Below the pieces are notes generated by a model, which was given only the letters and a program-made list of their open reading frames with translations, did no database searches and was not told the DNA's origin. Positions 52,001 through 64,000 of a stretch of DNA of 64,000 nucleotides are shown piece after piece. The position numbers and the translations under genes were made by a program. Source of the stretch: Eledone cirrhosa (taxonomy: Eukaryota); assembly GCA_964016885.1 (NCBI GenBank), contig OZ024758.1:25048001-25112000 (forward strand), given 5' to 3'. Every line of letters starts with the position of its first letter. Position 1 is the stretch's first letter.

Positions 52001-55000
52001 CTATCCAAGGTTCTAAGCCAGACTATCTGAGGTCCTAAGCCAGACTATCTGAGGTTCTAAGCCAGACTATCTGAGGTTCTAAGCCAGACTATCTGAGGTT
52101 CTAAGCCAGACTATCTGAGGTTCTAAGCCAGACTATCTGAGGTTCTAAGCCAGACTATCTGAGGTTCTAAGCCAGACTATCTGAGATTCTAAGCCAGACT
52201 ATCCAAGGTTCTAAGTCAGACTATCTGAGGTTCTAAGCCAGACTATCCAAGGTTCTAAGTCAGACTATCTGAGGTTCTAAGCCAGACTATCTGAGGTTCT
52301 AAGCCAGACTATCTGAGGTTCTAAGCCAGACTATCTGAGGTTCTAAGCCAGACTATCTGAGGTTCTAAGCCAGACTATCCAAGGTTCTAAGCCAGACTAT
52401 CTGAGGTTCTAAGCCAGACTATCTGAGGTTCTAAGCCAGACTATCCAAGGTTCTAAGTCAGACTATCTGAGGTTCTAAGCCAGACTATCTGAGGTTCTAA
52501 GCCAGACTATCTGAGGTTCTAAGCCAGACTATCTGAGGTTCTAAGCCAGACTATCCAAGGTTCTAAGCCAGACTATCTGAGGTTCTAAGCCAGACTATCT
52601 GAGGTTCTAAGCCAGACTATCTGAGGTTCTAAGCCAGACTATCTGAGGTTCTAAGCCAGACTATCTGAGGTTCTAAACCAGACTATCCAAGGTTCTAAGC
52701 CAGACTATCTGAGGTTCTAAGCCAGACTATCTGAGGTTCTAAGCCAGACTATCTGAGGTTCTAAGCCAGAATATCCGAGGTTCTAAGCCAGACTATCTGA
52801 GGTTCTAAGCCAGACTATCTGAAGTTCTAAGCCAGACTATCTGAGGTTCTAAGCCAGACTATCTGAGGTTCTAAGCCAGACTATCCGAGGTTCTAAGCCA
52901 GACTATCTGAGGTTCTAAGCCAGAATATCCGAGGTTCTAAGCCAGACTATCTGAGGTTCTAAGCCAGACTATCTGAGGTTCTAAGCCAGACTATCTGAGG
53001 TTCTAAGCCAGACTATCCAAGGTTCTAAGCCAGACTATCTGAGGTTCTAAGCCAGACTATCCAAGGTTCTAAGTCAGACTATCCGAGGTTCTAAGCCAGA
53101 CTATTCAAGGTTCTAAGCCAGACTATCTGAGGTTCTAAGCCAGAATATCCAAGGTTCTAAGCCAGACTATCCGAGGTTCTAAGCCAGACTATTCAAGGTT
53201 CTAAGCCAGACTATCCAAGGTTCTAAGTCAGACTATCCAAGGTTCTAAGCCAGACTATCCAAGGTTCTAAGCCAAACTATCCAAGGTTCTAAGTCAGACT
53301 ATCCAAGGTTCTAAGCCAGACTATCTGAGGTTCTAAGCCAGACTATCTGAGGTTCTAAGTCAGACTATCTAAGGTTCTAAGCCAGACTATCCAAGGTTCT
53401 AAGCCAGACTATCCAAGGTTCTAAGCCAGACTATCTGAGGTTCTAAGCCAGACTATCCAAGGTTCTAAGCCAGACTATCCAAGGTTCTAAGCCAGACTAT
53501 CTAAGGTTCTAAGCCAGACTATCCAAGGTTCTAAGCCAGACTATCTGAGGTTCTAAGCCAGACTATCCAAGGTTCTAAGCCAGACTATCTAAGGTTCTAA
53601 GCCAGACTATCTGAGGTTCTAAGCCAGACTATCCAAGGTTCTAAGTCAGACTATCCAAGGTTCTAAGCCAGACTATCCAAGGTTCTAAGCCAGACTATCC
53701 AAGGTTCTAAACCAGACTATCCAAGGTTCTAAGTCAGACTATCCAAGGTTCTAAGTCAGACTATCCAAGGTTCTAAGCCAGACTATCCAAGGTTCTAAGC
53801 CAGACTATCCAAGGTTCTAAGCCAGACTATCCAAGGTTCTAAGCCAGACTATCCAAGGTTCTAAGTCAGACTATCCAAGGTTCTAAGCCAGACTATCTGA
53901 GGTTCTAAGTCAGACTATCCAAGGTTCTAAACCAGACTATCCAAGGTTCTAAACCAGACTATCCAAGGTTCTAAGCCAGACTATCCAAGGTTCTAAGCCA
54001 GACTATCCAAGGTTCTAAGCCAGACTATCCAAGGTTCTAAGCCAGACTATCCAAGGTTCTAAGTCAGACTATCCAAGGTTCTAAGCCAGACTATCCAAGG
54101 TTCTAAGCCAGACTATCCAAGGTTCTAAGTCAGACTATCCAAGGTTCTAAGTCAGACTATCTGAGGTTCTAAGTCAGACTATCCAATGTTCTAAGCCAGA
54201 CTATCCAAGGTTCTAAGCCAGACTATCCAAGGTTCTAAGCCAGACTATCCAAGGTTCTAAGCCAGACTATCTGAGGTTCTAAGTCAGACTATCCAAGGTT
54301 CTAAGCCAGACTATCCAAGGTTCTAAGCCAGACTATCTGAGGTTCTAAGTCAGACTATCCAAGGTTCTAAGCCAGAATATCCAAGGTTCTAAGCCAGACT
54401 ATCCAAGGTTCTAAGCCAGACTATCTGAGGTTCTAAGCCAGACTATCCAAGGTTCTAAGTCAGACTATCTGAGGTTCTAAGCCAGACTATCCAAGGTTCT
54501 AAGTCAGACTATCTGAGGTTCTAAGCCAGACTATCCAAGGTTCTAAGTCAGACTATCTGAGGTTCTAAGCCAGACTATCCAAGGTTCTAAGTCAGACTAT
54601 CTGAGGTTCTAAGCCAGACTATCTGAGGTTCTAAGCCAGAATATCTGAGGTTCTAAGCCAGACTATCTGAGGTTCTAAGCCAGACTATCTGAGGTTCTAA
54701 GCCAGACTATCTGAGGTTCTAAGCCAGACTATCTGAGGTTCTAAGCCAGACTATCTGAGGTTCTAAGCCAGACTATCTGAGGTTCTAAACCAGACTATCC
54801 AAGGTTCTAAGCCAGACTATCTGAGGTTCTAAGCCAGACTATCCGAGGTTCTAAGCCAGACTATCCAAGGTTCTAAGCCAGACTATCCAAGTTTCTAAGC
54901 CAGACTATCCAAGGTTCTAAGTCAGACTATCCAAGGTTCTAAGTCAGACTATCTGAGGTTCTAAGTCAGACTATCCAATGTTCTAAGCCAGACTATCCAA

Positions 55001-58000
55001 GGTTCTAAGCCAGACTATCCAAGGTTCTAAGCCAGACTATCCAAGGTTCTAAGCCAGACTATCTGAGGTTCTAAGTCAGACTATCCAAGGTTCTAAGCCA
55101 GACTATCCAAGGTTCTAAGCCAGACTATCTGAGGTTCTAAGTCAGACTATCCAAGGTTCTAAGCCAGAATATCCAAGGTTCTAAGCCAGACTATCCAAGG
55201 TTCTAAGCCAGACTATCTGAGGTTCTAAGCCAGACTATCCAAGTTTCTAAGTCAGACTATCTGAGGTTCTAAGCCAGACTATCCAAGGTTCTAAGTCAGA
55301 CTATCTGAGGTTCTAAGCCAGACTATCCAAGGTTCTAAGTCAGACTATCTGAGGTTCTAAGCCAGACTATCCAAGGTTCTAAGTCAGACTATCTGAGGTT
55401 CTAAGCCAGACTATCTGAGGTTCTAAGCCAGAATATCTGAGGTTCTAAGCCAGACTATCTGAGGTTCTAAGCCAAACTATCTGAGGTTCTAAGCCAGACT
55501 AACTGAGGTTCTAAGCCAGACTATCTGAGGTTCTAAGCCAGACTATCTGAGGTTCTAAGCCAGACTATCTGAGGTTCTAAGCCAGACTATCTGAGGTTCT
55601 AAGCCAGACTATCTGAGGTTCTAAACCAGACTATCCAAGGTTCTAAGCCAGACTATCTGAGGTTCTAAGCCAGACTATCTGAGGTTCTAAGCCAGAATAT
55701 CCAAGTTTCTAAGCCAGAATATCCAAGGTTCTAAGCCAGAATATCCAAGGTTCTAAGCCAGACTATCCAAGGTTCTAAGCCAGACTATCTGAGGTCCTAA
55801 GCCAGACTATCTGAGGTTCTAAGCCAGACTATCTGAGGTTCTAAGCCAGACTATCTGAGGTTCTAAGCCAGACTATCTGAGGTTCTAAGCCAGACTATCT
55901 GAGGTTCTAAGCCAGACTATCTGAGGTTCTAAGCCAGACTATCTGAGGTTCTAAGCCAGACTATCTGAGATTCTAAGCCAGACTATCCAAGGTTCTAAGT
56001 CAGACTATCTGAGGTTCTAAGCCAGACTATCCAAGGTTCTAAGTCAGACTATCTGAGGTTCTAAGCCAGACTATCTGAGGTTCTAAGCCAGACTATCTGA
56101 GGTTCTAAGCCAGACTATCTGAGGTTCTAAGCCAGACTATCCAAGGTTCTAAACCAGACTATCCAAGGTTCTAAACCAGACTATCCAAGGTTCTAAGTCA
56201 GACTATCCAAGGTTCTAAGTCAGACTATCCAAGGTTCTAAGCCAGACTATCCAAGGTTCTAAGCCAGACTATCCAAGGTTCTAAGCCAGACTATCCAAGG
56301 TTCTAAGCCAGACTATCCAAGGTTCTAAGTCAGACTATCCAAGGTTCTAAGCCAGACTATCTGAGGTTCTAAGCCAGACTATCCAAGGTTCTAAGCCAGA
56401 CTATCTGAGGTTCTAAGCCAGACTATCTAAGGTTCTAAGCCAGACTATCTGAGGTTCTAAGCCAGACTATCCAAGGTTCTAAGCCAGACTATCTGAGGTT
56501 CTAAGCCAGACTATCCAAGGTTCTAAGCCAGACTATCCAAGGTTCTAAGCCAGACTATCCAAGGTTCTAAGTCAGACTATCCAAGGTTCTAAGCCAGACT
56601 ATCTGAGGTTCTAAGCCAGACTATCCAAGGTTCTAAGCCAGAGTATCCAAGGTTCTAAACCAGACTATCCAAGGTTCTAAGCCAGACTATCCAAGGTTCT
56701 AAGCCAGACTATCCAAGGTTCTAAGTCAGACTATCCAAGGTTCTAAGTCAGACTATCCAAGGTTCTAAGCCAGACTATCCAAGGTTCTAAGTCAGACTAT
56801 CCAAGGTTCTAAGCCAGACTATCTGAGGTTCTAAGCCAGACTATCCAAGGTTCTAAGCCAGACTATCTGAGGTTCTAAGCCAGACTATCCAAGGTTCTAA
56901 GCCAGACTATCTGAGGTTCTAAGCCAGACTATCTAAGGTTCTAAGCCAGACTATCCAAGGTTCTAAGCCAGACTATCCAAGGTTCTAAGCCAGACTATCT
57001 AAGGTTCTAAGCCAGACTATCTGAGGTTCTAAGCCAGACTATCCAAGGTTCTAAGTCAGACTATCCAAGGTTCTAAGCCAGACTATCCAAGGTTCTAAGC
57101 CAGACTATCCAAGGTTCTAAACCAGACTATCCAAGGTTCTAAGTCAGACTATCCAAGGTTCTAAGTCAGACTATCCAAGGTTCTAAGCCAGACTATCCAA
57201 GGTTCTAAGCCAGACTATCCAAGGTTCTAAGCCAGACTATCCAAGGTTCTAAGCCAGACTATCCAAGGTTCTAAGGCAGACTATCCAAGGTTCTAAGTCA
57301 GACTATCCAAGGTTCTAAGCCAGACTATCCAAGGTTCTAAGCCAGACTATCTGAGGTTCTAAGCCAGACTATCTAAGGTTCTAAGCCAGACTATCTGAGG
57401 TTCTAAGCCAGACTATCCAAGGTTCTAAGCCAGACTATCTGAGGTTCTAAGCCAGACTATCCAAGGTTCTAAGCCAGACTATCCAAGGTTCTAAGCCAGA
57501 CTATCCAAGGTTCTAAGTCAGACTATCCAAGGTTCTAAGCCAGACTATCCAAGGTTCTAAGCCAGACTATCTGAGGTTCTAAGCCAGACTATCCAAGGTT
57601 CTAAGCCAGACTATCCAAGGTTCTAAGCCAGAATATCCAAGGTTCTAAGCCAGAATATCCAAGGTTCTAAGCCAGAATATCCAAGGTTCTAAGCCAGACT
57701 ATCCGAGGTTCTAAGCCAGACTATTCAAGGTTCTAAACCAGAATATCCAAGGTTCTAAGCCAGACTATCTGAGGTTCTAAGCCAGACTATCCGAGGTTCT
57801 AAGCCAGACTATCCAAGGTTCTAAACCAGACTATCCAAGGTTCTAAACCAGACTATCCAAGGTTCTAAACCAGACTATCTGAGGTTCTAAGCCAGACTAT
57901 CTGAGGTTCTAAGCCAGAATATCCAAGGTTCTAAGCCAGACTATCCGAGGTTCTAAGCCAGACTATCCGAGGTTCTAAGCCAGAATATCCAAGGTTCTAA

Positions 58001-61000
58001 GCCAGAATATCCAAGGTTCTAAGCCAGAATATCCAAGGTTCTAAGCCAGACTATCCGAGGTTCTAAGCCAGACTATTCAAGGTTCTAAGCCAGACTATCT
58101 GAGGTTCTAAGCCAGAATATCCAAGGTTCTAAGCCAGACTATCCGAGGTTCTAAGCCAGACTATTCAAGGTTCTAAGCCAGACTATCCAAGGTTCTAAGT
58201 CAGACTATCCAAGGTTCTAAGCCAGACTATCCAAGGTTCTAAGCCAAACTATCCAAGGTTCTAAGTCAGACTATCCAAGGTTCTAAGCCAGACTATCTGA
58301 GGTTCTAAGCCAGACTATCTGAGGTTCTAAGTCAGACTATCTAAGGTTCTAAGCCAGACTATCCAAGGTTCTAAGCCAGACTATCCAAGGTTCTAAGCCA
58401 GACTATCTGAGGTTCTAAGCCAGACTATCCAAGGTTCTAAGCCAGACTATCCAAGGTTCTAAGCCAGACTATCTAAGGTTCTAAGCCAGACTATCCAAGG
58501 TTCTAAGCCAGACTATCTGAGGTTCTAAGCCAGACTATCCAAGGTTCTAAGCCAGACTATCTAAGGTTCTAAGCCAGACTATCTGAGGTTCTAAGCCAGA
58601 CTATCCAAGGTTCTAAGTCAGACTATCCAAGGTTCTAAGCCAGACTATCCAAGGTTCTAAGCCAGACTATCCAAGGTTCTAAACCAGACTGTCCAAGGTT
58701 CTAAGTCAGACTATCCAAGGTTCTAAGTCAGACTATCCAAGGTTCTAAGCCAGACTATCCAAGGTTCTAAGCCAGACTATCCAAGGTTCTAAGCCAGACT
58801 ATCCAAGGTTCTAAGCCAGACTATCCAAGGTTCTAAGTCAGACTATCCAAGGTTCTAAGCCAGACTATCTGAGGTTCTAAGTCAGACTATCCAAGGTTCT
58901 AAACCAGACTATCCAAGGTTCTAAGTCAGACTATCCAAGGTTCTAAGTCAGACTATCTGAGGTTCTAAGTCAGACTATCCAATGTTCTAAGCCAGACTAT
59001 CCAAGGTTCTAAGCCAGACTATCCAAGGTTCTAAGCCAGACTATCCAAGGTTCTAAGCCAGACTATCTGAGGTTCTAAGTCAGACTATCCAAGGTTCTAA
59101 GCCAGACTATCCAAGGTTCTAAGCCAGACTATCTGAGGTTCTAAGTCAGACTATCCAAGGTTCTAAGCCAGAATATCCAAGGTTCTAAGCCAGACTATCC
59201 AAGGTTCTAAGCCAGACTATCTGAGGTTCTAAGCCAGACTATCCAAGTTTCTAAGTCAGACTATCTGAGGTTCTAAGCCAGACTATCCAAGGTTCTAAGT
59301 CAGACTATCTGAGGTTCTAAGCCAGACTATCCAAGGTTCTAAGTCAGACTATCTGAGGTTCTAAGCCAGACTATCCAAGGTTCTAAGTCAGACTATCTGA
59401 GGTTCTAAGCCAGACTATCCAAGGTTCTAAGTCAGACTATCTGAGGTTCTAAGCCAGACTATCTGAGGTTCTAAGCCAGAATATCTGAGGTTCTAAGCCA
59501 GACTATCTGAGGTTCTAAGCCAGACTATCTGAGGTTCTAAGCCAGACTATCTGAGGTTCTAAGCCAGACTATCTGAGGTTCTAAGCCAGACTATCTGAGG
59601 TTCTAAGCCAGACTATCTGAGGTTCTAAACCAGACTATCCAAGGTTCTAAGCCAGACTATCCGAGGTTCTAAGCCAGACTATCCGAGGTTCTAAGCCAGA
59701 CTATCCAAGGTTCTAAGCCAGACTATCCAAGTTTCTAAGCCAGACTATCCAAGGTTGTAAGTCAGACTATCCAAGGTTCTAAGTCAGACTATCTGAGGTT
59801 CTAAGTCAGACTATCCAATGTTCTAAGCCAGACTATCCAAGGTTCTAAGCCAGACTATCCAAGGTTCTAAGCCAGACTATCCAAGGTTCTAAGCCAGACT
59901 ATCTGAGGTTCTAAGTCAGACTATCCAAGGTTCTAAGCCAGACTATCCAAGGTTCTAAGCCAGACTATCTGAGGTTCTAAGTCAGACTATCCAAGGTTCT
60001 AAGCCAGAATATCCAAGGTTCTAAGCCAGACTATCCAAGGTTCTAAGCCAGACTATCTGAGGTTCTAAGCCAGACTATCCAAGTTTCTAAGTCAGACTAT
60101 CTGAGGTTCTAAGCCAGACTATCCAAGGTTCTAAGTCAGACTATCTGAGGTTCTAAGCCAGACTATCCAAGGTTCTAAGTCAGACTATCTGAGGTTCTAA
60201 GCCAGACTATCCAAGGTTCTAAGTCAGACTATCTGAGGTTCTAAGCCAGACTATCTGAGGTTCTAAGCCAGAATATCTGAGGTTCTAAGCCAGACTATCT
60301 GAGGTTCTAAGCCAGACTATCTGAGGTTCTAAGCCAGACTAACTGAGGTTCTAAGCCAGACTATCTGAGGTTCTAAGCCAGACTATCTGAGGTTCTAAGC
60401 CAGACTATCTGAGGTTCTAAGCCAGACTATCTGAGGTTCTAAGCCAGACTATCTGAGGTTCTAAACCAGACTATCCAAGGTTCTAAGCCAGACTATCTGA
60501 GGTTCTAAGCCAGACTATCTGAGGTTCTAAGCCAGAATATCCAAGTTTCTAAGCCAGAATATCCAAGGTTCTAAGCCAGAATATCCAAGGTTCTAAGCCA
60601 GACTATCCAAGGTTCTAAGCCAGACTATCTGAGGTCCTAAGCCAGACTATCTGAGGTTCTAAGCCAGACTATCTGAGGTTCTAAGCCAGACTATCTGAGG
60701 TTCTAAGCCAGACTATCTGAGGTTCTAAGCCAGACTATCTGAGGTTCTAAGCCAGACTATCTGAGGTTCTAAGCCAGACTATCTGAGGTTCTAAGCCAGA
60801 CTATCTGAGATTCTAAGCCAGACTATCCAAGGTTCTAAGTCAGACTATCTGAGGTTCTAAGCCAGACTATCCAAGGTTCTAAGTCAGACTATCTGAGGTT
60901 CTAAGCCAGACTATCTGAGGTTCTAAGCCAGACTATCTGAGGTTCTAAGCCAGACTATCTGAGGTTCTAAGCCAGACTATCCAAGGTTCTAAACCAGACT

Positions 61001-64000
61001 ATCCAAGGTTCTAAACCAGACTATCCAAGGTTCTAAGTCAGACTATCCAAGGTTCTAAGTCAGACTATCCAAGGTTCTAAGCCAGACTATCCAAGGTTCT
61101 AAGCCAGACTATCCAAGGTTCTAAGCCAGACTATCCAAGGTTCTAAGCCAGACTATCCAAGGTTCTAAGTCAGACTATCCAAGGTTCTAAGCCAGACTAT
61201 CTGAGGTTCTAAGCCAGACTATCCAAGGTTCTAAGCCAGACTATCTGAGGTTCTAAGCCAGACTATCTAAGGTTCTAAGCCAGACTATCTGAGGTTCTAA
61301 GCCAGACTATCCAAGGTTCTAAGCCAGACTATCTGAGGTTCTAAGCCAGACTATCCAAGGTTCTAAGCCAGACTATCCAAGGTTCTAAGCCAGACTATCC
61401 AAGGTTCTAAGTCAGACTATCCAAGGTTCTAAGCCAGACTATCTGAGGTTCTAAGCCAGACTATCCAAGGTTCTAAGCCAGAGTATCCAAGGTTCTAAAC
61501 CAGACTATCCAAGGTTCTAAGCCAGACTATCCAAGGTTCTAAGCCAGACTATCCAAGGTTCTAAGTCAGACTATCCAAGGTTCTAAGTCAGACTATCCAA
61601 GGTTCTAAGCCAGACTATCCAAGGTTCTAAGTCAGACTATCCAAGGTTCTAAGCCAGACTATCTGAGGTTCTAAGCCAGACTATCCAAGGTTCTAAGCCA
61701 GACTATCTGAGGTTCTAAGCCAGACTATCCAAGGTTCTAAGCCAGACTATCTGAGGTTCTAAGCCAGACTATCTAAGGTTCTAAGCCAGACTATCCAAGG
61801 TTCTAAGCCAGACTATCCAAGGTTCTAAGCCAGACTATCTAAGGTTCTAAGCCAGACTATCTGAGGTTCTAAGCCAGACTATCCAAGGTTCTAAGTCAGA
61901 CTATCCAAGGTTCTAAGCCAGACTATCCAAGGTTCTAAGCCAGACTATCCAAGGTTCTAAACCAGACTATCCAAGGTTCTAAGTCAGACTATCCAAGGTT
62001 CTAAGTCAGACTATCCAAGGTTCTAAGCCAGACTATCCAAGGTTCTAAGCCAGACTATCCAAGGTTCTAAGCCAGACTATCCAAGGTTCTAAGCCAGACT
62101 ATCCAAGGTTCTAAGGCAGACTATCCAAGGTTCTAAGTCAGACTATCCAAGGTTCTAAGCCAGACTATCCAAGGTTCTAAGCCAGACTATCTGAGGTTCT
62201 AAGCCAGACTATCTAAGGTTCTAAGCCAGACTATCTGAGGTTCTAAGCCAGACTATCCAAGGTTCTAAGCCAGACTATCTGAGGTTCTAAGCCAGACTAT
62301 CCAAGGTTCTAAGCCAGACTATCCAAGGTTCTAAGCCAGACTATCCAAGGTTCTAAGTCAGACTATCCAAGGTTCTAAGCCAGACTATCCAAGGTTCTAA
62401 GCCAGACTATCTGAGGTTCTAAGCCAGACTATCCAAGGTTCTAAGCCAGACTATCCAAGGTTCTAAGCCAGAATATCCAAGGTTCTAAGCCAGAATATCC
62501 AAGGTTCTAAGCCAGAATATCCAAGGTTCTAAGCCAGACTATCCGAGGTTCTAAGCCAGACTATTCAAGGTTCTAAACCAGAATATCCAAGGTTCTAAGC
62601 CAGACTATCTGAGGTTCTAAGCCAGACTATCCGAGGTTCTAAGCCAGACTATCCAAGGTTCTAAACCAGACTATCCAAGGTTCTAAACCAGACTATCCAA
62701 GGTTCTAAACCAGACTATCTGAGGTTCTAAGCCAGACTATCTGAGGTTCTAAGCCAGAATATCCAAGGTTCTAAGCCAGACTATCCGAGGTTCTAAGCCA
62801 GACTATCCGAGGTTCTAAGCCAGAATATCCAAGGTTCTAAGCCAGAATATCCAAGGTTCTAAGCCAGAATATCCAAGGTTCTAAGCCAGACTATCCGAGG
62901 TTCTAAGCCAGACTATTCAAGGTTCTAAGCCAGACTATCTGAGGTTCTAAGCCAGAATATCCAAGGTTCTAAGCCAGACTATCCGAGGTTCTAAGCCAGA
63001 CTATTCAAGGTTCTAAGCCAGACTATCCAAGGTTCTAAGTCAGACTATCCAAGGTTCTAAGCCAGACTATCCAAGGTTCTAAGCCAAACTATCCAAGGTT
63101 CTAAGTCAGACTATCCAAGGTTCTAAGCCAGACTATCTGAGGTTCTAAGCCAGACTATCTGAGGTTCTAAGTCAGACTATCTAAGGTTCTAAGCCAGACT
63201 ATCCAAGGTTCTAAGCCAGACTATCCAAGGTTCTAAGCCAGACTATCTGAGGTTCTAAGCCAGACTATCCAAGGTTCTAAGCCAGACTATCCAAGGTTCT
63301 AAGCCAGACTATCTAAGGTTCTAAGCCAGACTATCCAAGGTTCTAAGCCAGACTATCTGAGGTTCTAAGCCAGACTATCCAAGGTTCTAAGCCAGACTAT
63401 CTAAGGTTCTAAGCCAGACTATCTGAGGTTCTAAGCCAGACTATCCAAGGTTCTAAGTCAGACTATCCAAGGTTCTAAGCCAGACTATCCAAGGTTCTAA
63501 GCCAGACTATCCAAGGTTCTAAACCAGACTGTCCAAGGTTCTAAGTCAGACTATCCAAGGTTCTAAGTCAGACTATCCAAGGTTCTAAGCCAGACTATCC
63601 AAGGTTCTAAGCCAGACTATCCAAGGTTCTAAGCCAGACTATCCAAGGTTCTAAGCCAGACTATCCAAGGTTCTAAGTCAGACTATCCAAGGTTCTAAGC
63701 CAGACTATCTGAGGTTCTAAGTCAGACTATCCAAGGTTCTAAACCAGACTATCCAAGGTTCTAAGTCAGACTATCCAAGGTTCTAAGTCAGACTATCTGA
63801 GGTTCTAAGTCAGACTATCCAATGTTCTAAGCCAGACTATCCAAGGTTCTAAGCCAGACTATCCAAGGTTCTAAGCCAGACTATCCAAGGTTCTAAGCCA
63901 GACTATCTGAGGTTCTAAGTCAGACTATCCAAGGTTCTAAGCCAGACTATCCAAGGTTCTAAGCCAGACTATCTGAGGTTCTAAGTCAGACTATCCAAGG
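34077..64000. repeat. 22-bp satellite array, ~1360 units, continues off the right edge
   Basis: Unit GGTTCTAAGCCAGACTATC(CA/TG/CG)A; GG at 34079 and GG at 63999 are 29920 = 22 x 1360 apart. Confidence 0.99.

Noticed and set aside
34077-64000. CRISPR array or coding repeat
   Set aside because: Units are contiguous with no unique spacers and no cas genes. TAA (+) and TAG (-) occur in essentially every unit and 22 is not a multiple of 3, so all frames close.

Overview
Eukaryotic, very AT-rich and repeat-dense DNA. The repeat families and long (TA)n tracts suggest an octopus or another coleoid cephalopod; this is an inference. The window lies inside a minus-strand peregrin/BRPF1-family gene. Four phase-compatible GT-AG exons are visible (33893-33570, 28537-27761, 805-699, 519-377), the last two encoding part of the PWWP domain. 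The 27-kb intron holds an intact tRNA-Thr(UGU), a 5'-truncated RTE LINE with an open ORF and a PHD-like finger, and six copies of a tRNA-derived SINE sharing that LINE's 3' tail. It also holds piggyBac-type MITEs, Tc1/mariner relics, a Helentron-like element, long (TA)n tracts and a 200-N gap. The least obvious signal is a cluster of six type I hammerhead ribozyme motifs from four sequence families, plus several fold-back half-hammerheads. They sit in inverted duplications beside (TA)n tracts, as expected for Penelope-like element termini. From 34077 to the window end is an uninterrupted 22-bp satellite of about 1360 units. It keeps exact register at every point checked, shows 5940-bp and 4840-bp higher-order duplications, and has a variant spectrum consistent with CpG deamination.
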